Shown: positions 27,690 through 39,212, counted from the first letter of the stretch. The stretch: 43,845 nucleotides of DNA from Candidatus Bathyarchaeota archaeon (GCA_963780185.1 CAWABA010000012.1:1-43845); one strand, 5' to 3'. Notes: a model not told the origin generated them from the sequence alone. Program-made: numbers and translations.

Positions 27690-28085
27690 TCAAGTTATGC
27701 CCACGTAAGCCGCATCCGCGACAACAAAACGCCGCAAGAAGCCAACACAATCGACAGAGTCAAGGAAATTTACAAAAAGCAGTTCCTTCAAAAAGGCAAA
27801 TACGCCTAAATTTGACGTCGACAAACTTAGAAAAGGCTTTTCCTCAATTGTGCTGCCGCCGCCAGCATTTTTGACTCCTATTGGGCTAGGAGCTTCAACC
27901 TTCAAAGGAGAGAGAAGGTTGGTTAGGGATTGGGTATGGGTTTGCTGACGGCGGCTTTTGCGGGTGACTTCTTTGTTTGATGTTGTTTGGCTTGTGTTTT
28001 GTCGCTGTCTTTTTTTCCGTTCGCTACTACCTTGAGTAGTAACAATATTGCTTGACGCTAACTTTTCACTTAAACCTTTTTCCAA
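27690..28085 (-). CDS. Hypothetical low-complexity protein
   Basis: ORF with SD-like GGTGA upstream, but no recognisable domain. Confidence 0.3.
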   Translation of the reverse strand: MEKGLSEKLASSNIVTTQGSSERKKRQRQNTSQTTSNKEVTRKSRRQQTHTQSLTNLLSPLKVEAPSPIGVKNAGGGSTIEEKPFLSLSTSNLGVFAFLKELLFVNFLDSVDCVGFLRRFVVADAAYVGIT

Positions 28086-28238
28086 ATATCACCCGTTTTA
28101 ACACATAATTCCCAAAGCTTAGGTAAAACAACACGCGCAAGTCATCACCAAATGGAAAACATGAAGTAACTCCTTAGCCTAAACACTTAAAGGCAAATAT
28201 ACCACAGCCACCAAAATTCACTTGAGAACGACAAGAAT

Positions 28239-29273
28239 ATGTTGGACAAGGAAGCCTTCGCTAAGGAATTCTACAGCCGCCAAGTCACAATGAAGGAACT
28301 CGGCGAAAAAGGCCAGCAGCGCCTGCGCAAATCCAAAGTCGCCGTCGTCGGCGTAGGCGGGCTAGGCGCAGTTTCCTCACTGTACCTCGCACTGGCAGGC
28401 GTCGGCTACGTCCGCTTAATCGACCAAGACACCATTGAAATGCAGAATCTCCACCGCCAAATCCTCTACACCCCCGCCGACCTGCATTACCCCAAAGCCG
28501 AAGTCGCCGCAAGACGCCTCCAAGAACTCAACCCCCTCGTCAAAGCTGAAGCATTCACCGAAAACGTGAACGCCGGCAACGTGGAGCGGCTTTTGCAGGG
28601 CGTGGAGTGCGTGGTTGACGGCTTAGACAACATGGTAACCCGCTACCTGGTTAACCGTGCCTGCGTAAAGTTGAAAATTCCTTATGTTTTCGGGGCAGCA
28701 ATCGGTATCGAAGGCAACCTTTCTGTTTTCCAGCCGCCGCAAACAGGCTGCTTAGAATGCCTCATGCCGAACCTCTCCGACAACGACCTCTTAACATGCA
28801 GCACCCGAGGGGTAATCGGGGCAACGCCGGGAATCATCGGGGCGATGCAAGCCATGGAAACCATAAAGCTTCTCGCCGATATGGGACCGACTTTGAAGGG
28901 CAAACTGCTGGTCTGCGACTTCAGAGACATGGACTTCACCACCATAGACATATCCAAAAGCACACGCTGCCCCGTTTGCCACGGCGAATTGCCTGCAGTT
29001 GCTGGCGGCGAGCGACTGGTTTGGCTCTGCGGACGCGACACTGCCAACATCAACCCTGAAAAACCCTTAAAACTTAACCTTGAAGAAATCTACCCAGCCG
29101 TAAAGCTGCAGTTCAGTGTCCGTTTGAAATCAAGTTTAGCCCTTATGTTCAACTACAACAATTATGAAGTCAGCTTATTCAACGGCGGACGCATGTTAAT
29201 CAAAAAGGTCTCAAGTGAGCAAGAAGCGTTGAGAGTGTACAGAGAAATAATTAGCAGGCTGAAGGTTTCATAG
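28239..29273 (+). CDS. moeB: HesA/MoeB/ThiF family adenylyltransferase (E1-like)
   Basis: YSRQ, VGVGGLG, NLHRQ, DGLDN, CLEC...CPVC zinc site. Confidence 0.9.
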   Translation: MLDKEAFAKEFYSRQVTMKELGEKGQQRLRKSKVAVVGVGGLGAVSSLYLALAGVGYVRLIDQDTIEMQNLHRQILYTPADLHYPKAEVAARRLQELNPLVKAEAFTENVNAGNVERLLQGVECVVDGLDNMVTRYLVNRACVKLKIPYVFGAAIGIEGNLSVFQPPQTGCLECLMPNLSDNDLLTCSTRGVIGATPGIIGAMQAMETIKLLADMGPTLKGKLLVCDFRDMDFTTIDISKSTRCPVCHGELPAVAGGERLVWLCGRDTANINPEKPLKLNLEEIYPAVKLQFSVRLKSSLALMFNYNNYEVSLFNGGRMLIKKVSSEQEALRVYREIISRLKVS

Positions 29274-29501
29274 CACGGCTTTTGTTGAATCCTCTTGGAT
29301 AGTTGAGTCGTAATCTATTTTGCCATTTGAGTAGGCTTAAGCCAACGTTTTTTAATTTTTGCATAGTCAGTCGTAATGTTTAAGGGATGGTTTAATTAAG
29401 CATGTCAAATTGAGCTATGGAAATCTTCATAAAAAGCCTTTTTTGTCCATATTTGTCTTCTGCTTGTAGTAGGCTGAGTGTAGTCACATTTCCATTTATA
29501 G

Positions 29502-32500
29502 TTGGAAAGCGATTGGAGAGTAAACAATCAAGTGGTAACCATAAAAGAAAGGAGAGTAAAGGAGAAAATTCGATTGAGAATTAAACAATTAGCAAATTTA
29601 AATAAACCAAACCATAACAAAGCGGCAGGAATATCAGCTAAAAGAGCAATAACGATCTCAGTTCTATTGCTAGTTCTGACATTGTCACTGGTAACACCAT
29701 TGGCACACGCAGCGTACACTGTAGGTACAGTTTCTGCAGGCGCACAAAGTCCAAGCTCGGTTGCTCCAGGTTCATCTTGCACCTATGCAATTTCATCAAC
29801 TTGGAGTGGAAGCAGCGGCTCTGGAACAGCGACTTTATCGACCACTAGCTGGTCAACTGGTGCTAGTCCACCGACGGGTGTAACTCCAGCATTTAGTCCA
29901 ACTTCTCTAACACACACTACAACAACTTCCACATTGACTATAACCACGACTTCGTCAACCCCTGCTGGAACCTACACTTTCGTCGTTCGAGCCACTGAGG
30001 GCTCTACAACCCGAAATAGTGCAACAACCAGTTTCGTCGTTGCTTTTCCTATCACAGCCATCTCAACAACCGATTCAAGTGGTAATGCGAGAGGCGGATA
30101 CTTGCCAACCGACGGCATATACACCGAATTCACTGACAGCGCCGGAGTTTCTGAGGCAGTAAACGTCTACGTTGTTAGCACCGTCCCAACCGCAGGTCAA
30201 ACCTTGACAGATGTTAGAGGCAGCCCAACCGCAATATCAGTAACCACTAACGGGCAGGTCTCCTCAGTTGGAACCATCTCTACCCTTGGCACCTACTATC
30301 TTGTCATGGATGGTAACAAAGACGGAAAATACGACACAACAAACGACCTGGTATCCTCTGCATTCTCTATATCTACACTACCCTACATAACACAGTGGGG
30401 AAGCTACGGACAAGGCTCAGTCGGAATCAGCGGACCCATGGGCGTCGCGCAAAGTCCAACAAACTCAGTTGTCTTCGCAGCAGATTCAGGACACAACACA
30501 CTAGACCAACTTTCAGGCACTTCATTGTCATTCGTAAAAGCCTACAGCGGATCATACAACGATCCTACGGGACTCGCATTTGACGGCGCTGGCATTCTAT
30601 ACATCGCAGATACAGGCAACAACAGAATTCTGACGCTTTCTTACGACAGCGGATCAGGCTACTACACCGGCCCATCAGTGTTCTTAACGAGCGCAAACAG
30701 CGTGTCGCTGAGCGGCCCAACAGCAGTAGCATCAAACCACTATTACAACGGTTTGGCAACGATCTACATCGCAGACGCAGGCAACAACCGCATTATAAAA
30801 TGCACGAGCGCTGGCGTAGTCTCGGCAGTTTTCGGCGGCAGCACCCTCTATAACGGCGTTGCACTCAACGATCCTATGGGCGTCACCGTGGATCTTGCAG
30901 CCAACGGCAGTCCAGGTAACGTCTACATTGCGGATACAGGAAACAACCGCATTGTAGAACTAAGCAGCACGGGCACCTACATAACTTCATGGACCACATA
31001 TTCAAGCGGCCACAACCTCAATCAACCAACCAGCATTTCAACCACATACGCAACAACCGAATACCTTTGGGTAGCCGATTCTGGTAATCATCAAGTAGAC
31101 GTATTCCCAATGGGCGGTGGCAGCGGAGTAGCGACTTCAACTTGGGCTCTACCAACTGGCTCCAACCCCTACGCCATATGGGCGGGTTACTACAATGGAA
31201 TCGACGGAATCTTCTTAGCAGAAGCAGGAGCCAACCAAATCCAATCCTTTAGCACATCAGGCAGCAACATCGCAACATGGGGCGCCCCATCTGGAATTGG
31301 ACAATTCTACCAAGACACAGACGTCGCAATTGACCCAAGCGGAAACGTTTTCGTATTAGACGCGCTTAACAGCCGCATTCAGGAATTCACTTCCTCAGGT
31401 ACGTTCATTAGACAATTTGGCGCTTATGGCAGCAGGCGGCAACGGAAAACTATACAATCCATCAGGGCATCACAGTTGACAGTAGCGGAAACGTTTGGGT
31501 AGCCGACACAGTAAACAATCTAGTCCAAGAATTCAGCAACACTGGCGTATTCATACGGCAATTCGGCGGATCAGGCACAGGCAATGGCCTATTCAGCTAT
31601 CCAAGAGACGTTGCAGTTAACAGCAACACAGGAAACGTTTACGTCGCAGACGGAAGCAACGGTCTGGTACAAGAATTCACGGGCACAGGGACATTCATAG
31701 GACAATGGGACGGTTCTGTCGGAGGCACCAAATTCCTTTCACCATGGTCCTTAGCTATCGACGCCAACGGGAACGTATTCGTACTTGACGCAAGCAAAAA
31801 CCTTGTTGAAAAGTTCACAAGCACAGGAACCTTCCTTACACAATGGGACGGAACAAGCTCAGGAACCAAATTCAGCAGTCCATACGGATTAGCATGCGAC
31901 GGAAACGGAAACATCTATGTAGCTGACCAGTTCAACGAACGCATCGCAGTTTTCGACAATAACGGCAACTATCTAGTCCAATTCGGTACCTCTGGAATAA
32001 CTGGCACATCACCAACCCACCTGACCTTCCCTAATGGTGTTGCAGCTGACCCCGGCAACAGCATCAGCGTTTACGTTGCAGATACGGGAGATGACCGCGT
32101 CGTCGAATTCAGCCTACTAGAATACCAAGTATCCTTTGCAGTGGCACCCTCAGGCAGCGGCACAACAACACCCTCAGGCACAAACGTTCCTCAAATTGCA
32201 GGCAGCACAATTCCAATATCAGCAACCGCTAACACCGGATACGTTTTTGACCATTGGAGCAGCAGCACTGGCTCAATAACTTTCGGCAGCTCAACCACAG
32301 CTTCAACAACCGCATCAATAGGTGCAGCAGGAACAATCACAGCGAACTTCGTAGCCATACAGGCGACATCGCTTACAGTGAGTTGCAGTCCTGAAAAAGT
32401 CGACAAACCAGGCAGCATGCAGACAACGATTCAAGGCTTCTTAACCTCCGGAGGTTCAGGCGTCGCAGGCAAACAAATAACTTTGACATTCTTCGACGGA

Positions 32501-32782
32501 TCAACATGGCAAACCATCGGCACAGCAACAACGCAAAGCGACGGATCCTACTCGTTTATCTGGAATGTACCAACGACCTTGCCAAACGGATTCTACCTGG
32601 TCAAAGCTGACTTCGCAGGCGACACCTACTACTACCCAAGCAACGCAGTCACCAGCAACACGCCAGGAGGCGGCGGTTTGCTCGTAGCCCCCGAATACGT
32701 TTTGGGAGCACTTGCAAGCATAGGAGCATGCTTCGCAGCCTTAGCAGTAGTAAAGAAGGGCAGAAAAACCAAGCAACAATAA
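29502..32782 (+). CDS. Large secreted NHL-repeat beta-propeller surface protein with Ig-like domains and a PEF-CTERM-like anchor; two 1-nt insertions near 31435-31465
   Basis: Signal peptide; YIADTGNNRI repeats continue in a shifted frame (GITVDSSGNVWVAD...) into ORF 32141-32782; ends VAPEY-TM-KKGRK. Confidence 0.8.
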
Positions 32783-32904
32783 CCCTTCCCCAATTTTTCC
32801 TTTTTTTAGATCTTAAGAAATCTTTTTTGTAAATGTTATTTACGCCCAGTTTGATCATTTTTGCGGGTTTTTTCTTTTTTAGCGTCAGCTGTCTACGCTT
32901 TACC

Positions 32905-34250
32905 CTAAAAAAGCTTGAAGCCAGCTGCTAATTCAGCCCAGAGCACCGCCGAAGCGATGGCGACCTGCGCGATTGATAGTATGGCGCCGACTTTGAGGTA
33001 TTCTTTGAGGCTGATGGTGACGCCTTTGCGCCGCATCGTTTCGAGCCATATCACAATCGCCAGTGACCCCAACGGGAAAAAGTGGGGACCTAAGTTGTTT
33101 CCGATTATGTTGCTGAAAATCAGCCCCGTCAAGGCGGAGCCAGATGCGCCGATGTGCTGGATGCTGAGCAACCCGAGGATTGTCATGGGCCAATTGTTCA
33201 TGAAGCTTGCTCCGACGGTTACAACCATGCTTGGCGCAAAAATCCCCAGAACCGACGGCAACTTGCTTGTCGCCAGAAGAGCCGACGCCAACAAGTTTGT
33301 GATGCCTGCACTTTGCAGTCCCTGAACGACTAGAAAAATGCTGAACATGAACAGCACGATGTCCCAGTTGATGTCCTTCGCCAACCCAACTGAGCCCCTT
33401 TTTCTCGCCGTTCACTGAACCCTTCCACTTCAACGTAAACCAGTAAACGGCAACCAGAAAAACAGCGCCGCTGCAAATGACAATGGAAACGGGAAACCGA
33501 TTCAGAGAGGTCAGCACGTAGCCGATGTCGATTGCAACCAGCGTAGCCAAGCTTATCCTCAGGAGAAGTGGGGAAATGACTGGTTTTCCATGGTTTAAAG
33601 TGTCTGCCGCTTCCATGTCATAGGCTTTAGGAATCTGTTTTCGGAAAAACAGATAAAACAGAAGCAAACTGCTGAGAATCGTCGCCACGGCTACAGGTCC
33701 CATGAAAATCAGGTGGTCGACGAAGCTGTACTTGAAAAAGTCAGCGCTTAAAATGTTGATGGGGTTGCTGGTGATAAGCGGCATCGCGGCCGTGTCCGCC
33801 ATTAAACCCGCGCTGAAAAGGTACGCAAGCTTACCCTTAGTGCCGATACCCAAGCAGGTTACAACTTCCAAAACGATCGGGGTCAAAATCAAAACGGCGC
33901 TGTCATTGGCAAAAAGGATGCTTACCGCCGCCGTGAGCAGGCAAATGTAGATGAAAAGTCGTCAGCCCGTTGCCGCCAGCCATCTTAACGACGCGGAGGG
34001 CCGCCCACTTGAAAAATCCCATCGCATCCAACGTCACCGACAACGCCACGATGCCGAGGAACGCCAAAGCGGCATCCCAAATGTTTAGGAAGGACTGTGC
34101 CGCCTGCCCCAGACTGACCGTGCCCAAAAGGAGCGAGGCAACGGCGCCGATTCCAGCCGCGTAACCCAGCCGCAAGCCGAAGGGGCGCTTAATCATCAGG
34201 AAAAGCGTCACTGCGAAGACGGCTACTGCGGCAACTGTGACGTAATCCAA
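32905..34250 (-). CDS. arsB: ArsB/NhaD-family arsenite transporter, split by frameshifts (~33960, ~33385)
   Basis: Three consecutive ORFs give NDSAVLILTPIV, ADTAAMPLITSNPINI, MNNWP, NLGP...GSLA..W. Confidence 0.85.
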
Positions 34251-34346
34251 GACTGCCCACTGTTTAGGAAGCGTTGTCTTCAGGTATAAAAAATTAGCTT
34301 ACCCACAAACAAAACCGAAGAAAAAAACGTAAACTTGATTCTGGAG

Positions 34347-35469
34347 TTATGTTTTTGTTTGGGTAGTTGGGTCTTTTTCCGCCGCGCCTGTACGTGCGAG
34401 AACTGCAAGCGTACCACCACAATGACGATCTCAATCAGTATGGTCCAGTCAAATGCATTGAGAAGCTCCTTCGTTGCGGGCGCCGTCGCGTGTCAATGAC
34501 TGAAATTGTGCCGCTGATTCCGATTGTAACATAGAGGTATGAGCCGTTTGGGGCTACACTTATAGCGTCAGGGTTTCCTCCAAGGGTACCGTTGCCGTGA
34601 TTTTGTTCGTAGCTGTGTTTATGACTGAGAGGGAACGGCTGAATTCATTTGTGACATACACGTATTTGCCATTGGCGTTACAGCCACATTGCCAGGTCCC
34701 CTTCCCACAGACTACGGTTAGCCTTGACGGTGTTAGTCGCTGTGTTTATGACTGAAACCGAATCGTTGATGTTGTTAACCACGTAGACGTTTTTGTCGTT
34801 AGGCGTTATGGCTACTCCGAAAGGCTCGGTTCCGACTGTTATTGTCGCTTCACCGTATTGGTGGATGTGTTTATGACGGAGACCGAACCGCTGCCTGCAT
34901 CAGTAACATAGGCATATGCGCCGTTATCATTATAGCCACACCCCAAGGATCGTTTAAACCATTATGGTCGTCGTCACCAAGTTCTTGGCTATGTTTATGA
35001 CTGAAACTGAATTGCTAACTTCATTCGCCACGTAGGCGTATTTGCCGTCGGGTGTAATCGCCACGCCAACTGGATAGCTTCCAACAGGTATAGTCCAGTA
35101 ACGGTATCCGTAGCAGTACTTATCACCGAAACCGAATTACTCCCGCTCTTTGTGACATAAACGTACTTCTCATTTGGCGTCACCGCTGCATCGCCAGGGT
35201 GGCTTTCGAGATTTCCAACGCTATAGCCGCCATAACCGTGTTGGTTGCTGTGTTACAACTGAGACTGAACCATTAGTGTAATGTGTAATGTATGCATGAC
35301 CCCGTTGGAGGCAAAAGCCACACCATCTGGCTCATTTCCCACAGTTATAGTCGCTGTAACCGTGTTCGCGTCCCTTGAACTGTCTGAGGCAACAATGCGA
35401 AAGCGTAGAACAGAAAGAGGATTCAGAAGGTGCATCAACTTTCAAAGTCTTTGCAGTTCCATTCTTCAT
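34347..35469 (-). pseudogene. YVTN/YncE beta-propeller surface protein, multiply frameshifted
   Basis: Fragments in alternating frames: TVTATITVGNEPDGVA, TPNEKYVYVT..GSNSVSVISTATDTV, further YVTN repeats, C-terminal TM plus basic tail. Confidence 0.8.
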
Positions 35470-36040
35470 TCTCTCACCTTTCCCTAACGCTTCAGTGCAA
35501 ATGCTTAGAAAGACTTGCGATTCCCAGTGTTTGCTCGCCCCCGCTTAATTCGTTCTGCATAACCGCAAACGAGTTTTACGTTGAAAAAGGCATGGTTGTT
35601 GGGAAACAGATATATCTCAGCCAAGCAAGTTATCCTAGTAATCGACAGCGTAAACAAGATACCCAAAAAGACGGTTTTGTGTCCTTACTGTTAACGCAAT
35701 AAGCCACGCTGAACTTCAAATTTTTGGTTCATGTCAAACCTGCCTAAAGTACATCGGAGATGAATATATGATACATAACGAAGTTTGCCCAAATTGCAAG
35801 TCAACGGCAGAGACCGAACTGCTCATAAGAAACGAGCAAGAGATTTACACAATTTGCAGCACCTGCAAAAAAGTTCTTTCTAAATCATGGCTCTAAAACT
35901 ACCGTGAACCCAATAAAGAGTTTTTGGCCCTAAAATTTTAGGGCTAAATCTTGTTCTTTTATTTTATTTTTTTAGAATCCAGATAACAGTCTAAACTTCT
36001 GCTGAAAATCAAAAGAAAAAATTAAAGAAATAGGAGAAGC

Positions 36041-37105
36041 TTATTCTGGCTTCTTCTTTCCTGGTCGCAGCGAGCGGACGGTTTCGCCTGCACGCCACAT
36101 TTCGCTGTTGCCCATCTCCTTGAGTTCGTCAGCGAGTTTTTGGCGGTAGTCTGGTGCTTTGCTTTTCTCCAGTACGATGCGTGTTTCTTCGCCTGCCTCG
36201 ACAAGCTCGTAGAGTGAGTCGAACACTGGTTGTGTGGCTTCGCGGAATCGGGGTCTCCATCGTAGGGCGCCGATGCGGGCTGTTTCGCTGCAGTTGCAGT
36301 ACATCCAGTCCATGCCGTTCTCGTCTACTAAGCGGATAAGGCTCTGGGTGAGTTCTTCGACGCTTTCGTTGAATGCTTCGCTTGGGCTGTGACCGTGTGC
36401 GCGAAGGGTGTTGTATTGTGCTTCAAGTATTCCTGCGAGTGCGCCCATTAGTGTGCCTCGTTCGCCTGTTAGGTCGCTGTAAACTTCTTTTTCAAATGTA
36501 GTTGGAAACAGATATCCTGCGCCGATGGCTATGCCCATGGCTTTGGCTCGGTCCATTGCTTTGCCAGTTGCGTCTTGGTGAACGGCGAAGCTGCAGTTTA
36601 TGCCGCTGCCGTCAACAAAGTTTCTGCGCACAGATGTGCCTGAGCCTTTTGGAGCAACAAGAATCACGTCGATGTCGGCAGGTGGGATAACGCCTGTTTG
36701 TTCCTTGTAAACGATGCTGAAGCCGTGGCTAAAGTAGAGTGCGTCTCCTTTTTTGAGCGTCGCTTTGACTTTTGGCCAAACCAATTTTTGCGCTGCATCG
36801 GTTAGCAGGTACATTTTGATGGTGCCTTTTTTGGCTGCTTCTTCCATCGGGAAGAGGTTTTCGCCTGGTTTCCAGCCGTCTGCAACTGCCTTGTCCCATT
36901 CTTTTTTGAATATGCCTTCTTTTTCTTGTCCGATTATTACTTTTACGCCGTTGTCTCTCATGTTCAGTGATTGGGCTTGGCCTTGAATGCCGTAGCCAAG
37001 TGAGACGACGACTTCGTCTTTAAGGACTTTTTGGGCTTGCGCCACTGTAAATTCTTTCCGGGTGATGACATCTTCCTTGACGCCACCGAAATCTATCTTA
37101 ACCAT
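36041..37105 (-). CDS. ilvC: Ketol-acid reductoisomerase
   Basis: LGYGIQG.AQSLNMRDNG, FSHGF, VAPKGSG, SDLTGERG.LMG, EAFNE. Confidence 0.95.
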   Translation of the reverse strand: MVKIDFGGVKEDVITRKEFTVAQAQKVLKDEVVVSLGYGIQGQAQSLNMRDNGVKVIIGQEKEGIFKKEWDKAVADGWKPGENLFPMEEAAKKGTIKMYLLTDAAQKLVWPKVKATLKKGDALYFSHGFSIVYKEQTGVIPPADIDVILVAPKGSGTSVRRNFVDGSGINCSFAVHQDATGKAMDRAKAMGIAIGAGYLFPTTFEKEVYSDLTGERGTLMGALAGILEAQYNTLRAHGHSPSEAFNESVEELTQSLIRLVDENGMDWMYCNCSETARIGALRWRPRFREATQPVFDSLYELVEAGEETRIVLEKSKAPDYRQKLADELKEMGNSEMWRAGETVRSLRPGKKKPE

Positions 37106-37144
37106 TTGTTTTTTCCCTCAAACCAGAGTCCTAAGATGACCGAG

Positions 37145-37182
37145 TAATTAAGAATTATGTTAGTAAATGGAGCGATAATTAT
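37145..37182. repeat. Direct repeat A, copy 1 (TAATTAAGAATTATGTTAG-N10-GATAATTAT), overlapping the likely ilvC promoter
   Basis: 19-bp and 9-bp blocks identical, with the same spacing, at 38139-38176. Confidence 0.85.
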
Positions 37183-37240
37183 TCTAGCCAAACTGTAAGC
37201 ATCTTGTTGCGTTGCAGTTACTGACCTTTAATCTCCATTC

Positions 37241-37266
37241 GGTTAGTCAAGAAAGTTTGACTCAGC
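37241..37266. repeat. Imperfect palindrome GGTTAGTCAA-GAAAGT-TTGACTCAGC (recombinase-site-like)
   Basis: 8/10 inverted arms around a 6-bp spacer; a partial direct copy AGTCAAGAAACTTTATACTCAG lies at 38078-38099. Confidence 0.55.
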
Positions 37267-37342
37267 TTAAGTCAAGAGAAAATGAACGAACAGACTTTTA
37301 TCAGTGGTAATATCAACATTTATCTGCAATTGGTGGCAGACG

Positions 37343-38100
37343 ATGGGCAACATGGGCAAAGGTCTTGCTTTGGCTTTGGTTCTTGTAATGGCAACGAAGC
37401 CTAAGCCTAATGATAATTAAACCAGCTTTTGCTCAGTCAGAACCTACACCGTATGTTCCAGAATTCACGGTGAGGTTTGTTGACCGCTCTTATGATGTGC
37501 CAGAAAACCACTACTATTACGACTGACCCTTTGACTGGAAAACAAGTAACAACTAGCAGTGGTGGATACCATGTTACTAAACAAAACGATTGATATAACG
37601 ATTAATAATCGGCATATTCTTCCATTGATTTAGCGCAAACCGTGAACATGAACGATCGGGTCAACTATATACCTTCTAGCGCACTGAAAGGACATTTTGT
37701 CTGGACTTCGTAAATCTGAGCTACCGGCAATGGCTACATACCACAATAGTCAAAGCTCCCGATTCCGTCTACACAGTCATAACCCTTGTAAGTTGGCTCG
37801 GATAAACTTTTATGTTCCGGATGGCGTGTCAAGTAAGACTTTCAGGTGGAAAGCACAAGTAGGTTATGAATACCAATACTACAGTGGTCAATATTTCTGC
37901 TTTACACAGCATTCTGAGAACTTAACAGAAAGCGAATGGAGCAACAATCAAACAATAAGAATGCCTGCAGTTCAACCTCATTCCACACTTGCGTTCCAGA
38001 GCTATCTCTGGTTGGCGACTCTGCCTCTGCTTTTTTCTATTTTCGCGGTTGACTGTGACAGTTAGGCATCGAAAACAAGTCAAGAAACTTTATACTCAGT
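37343..38100 (+). pseudogene. Secreted/membrane-anchored protein (PEFTV...SYDVP type), multiply frameshifted
   Basis: Signal peptide MGKGLALALVLVM, then PAFAQSEPTPYVPEFTVRFVDRSYDVP, later ESEWSNNQTI, a TM and RHRK, spread over several frames. Confidence 0.65.
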
Positions 38101-38141
38101 CCCATTGCAATAATAATTATCCCTAAATTTTCGATGCCTAA
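38062..38141. repeat. Perfect 14-bp inverted repeat TTAGGCATCGAAAA ... TTTTCGATGCCTAA
   Basis: Arms at 38062-38075 and 38128-38141 are exact reverse complements. Confidence 0.85.
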
Positions 38142-38176
38142 TTAAGAATTATGTTAGGAATTGCTATGATAATTAT
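38139..38176. repeat. Direct repeat A, copy 2
   Basis: Matches 37145-37182. Confidence 0.85.
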
Positions 38177-38603
38177 AGTTAATGCATGCGCTTAACCTAG
38201 TTCTTAGCGCCTGCCTCACGGAATTTCTGTTTTGTTATCGCGTAGAGCTACAGCGTTTCAACTCTAGTCTGTGCATTTGCCTTTTCCTAGCCCAGTTGTC
38301 GCCGTACTTCTTTTGCAACTTTTCATTGTAGGACTCAAAAGTTTCTGCTTCATTCACTTCTACGCTGGTTTTTTTCTCAATAATTATGCTCCAGTTGCAT
38401 TCTTACGAATACCCGCTTAAAGTTAAGCAAAACATCAACCCTGCCCTCTTTGCTTATGAAGACTTTTTCCGTTTTCTTGCTCAAGTTCATTTGAACGTGA
38501 GTGCTTTGATGGTGGGTGTTATCTTTTTTATTAGGCGGTTGATCCTCCTGTTATTAGTTGTAGTTCATTTCGCTGTGGCTAAGAAAACGTGTGAGGTAAT
38601 AAA

Positions 38604-38750
38604 ATGATAAAAGCAGAGGACGAAGTGAAAAGGAAAGAATTAGAGGAGCTGAAAGACCAAATTAACAAGCTGAAGCTTGTGCTTGACAAGATAAGCATGG
38701 ACGAAGTAGTTAAGGGCATCAGAGAGGACAGGGACGGGAACATTCGATGA
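38604..38750 (+). pseudogene. Truncated VapB-type antitoxin (48 aa) coupled by ATGA to a VapC-like stub (MKYAFD)
   Basis: Ends EVVKGIREDRD, similar to the 22000-22215 antitoxin tail; lacks the RHH N-terminus. Confidence 0.55.
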
Positions 38751-38816
38751 AATACGCATTTGATTATGCAAAAACAGTTACTCGCAGCGGCCTAGTGCAG
38801 CGGAACTTGTCGCGCC

Positions 38817-39212
38817 ATGTGCGGTATGAACTGCGGAATATGCAAAGGCTACTTGGCTTACACGCATGGGGTGCCGCGGGTACGTGGCAAAGTCAGCTAC
38901 TGCGCGGGTTGCGAGCCCCGAGCCAAGAACTGCTACATCAAACGGGGCTGCAAAAAACTGACCCACCACGAAATTCAATCCTGCAGCGAATGCGACACGA
39001 TGCCATGCGAAAAACTCGCCCATCTCGACAAACGCTACCGTGAACGCTACGGCATGAGTATGGTGGAAAACCTCGAACTGCTCAAAGCAAAAGGCATGGA
39101 TGAGTTTCTGAAGGTTCAGGCTGAGAGGTTTCGGTGCCCGAGTTGCGGCGGAGTGGTTTGTGTTCATGACGGGAAATGCTACGACTGCGGCTACGTGCGG
39201 AAAAAGCCTTAG
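38817..39212 (+). CDS. DUF3795 Cys-rich protein with a C-terminal zinc ribbon; 5' end frameshifted
   Basis: ELVAPC (other frame) joins CGMNCGIC...CAGC...C...C...CSEC..PC; CPSCGG..CVHDGKCYDC. Confidence 0.8.
   Translation: MCGMNCGICKGYLAYTHGVPRVRGKVSYCAGCEPRAKNCYIKRGCKKLTHHEIQSCSECDTMPCEKLAHLDKRYRERYGMSMVENLELLKAKGMDEFLKVQAERFRCPSCGGVVCVHDGKCYDCGYVRKKP

Noticed and set aside
34347-35469. Repeats as a diversity-generating retroelement or nucleotide repeat array
   Set aside because: The similarity is protein-level YVTN repeats; no reverse transcriptase or TR/VR pair was seen.
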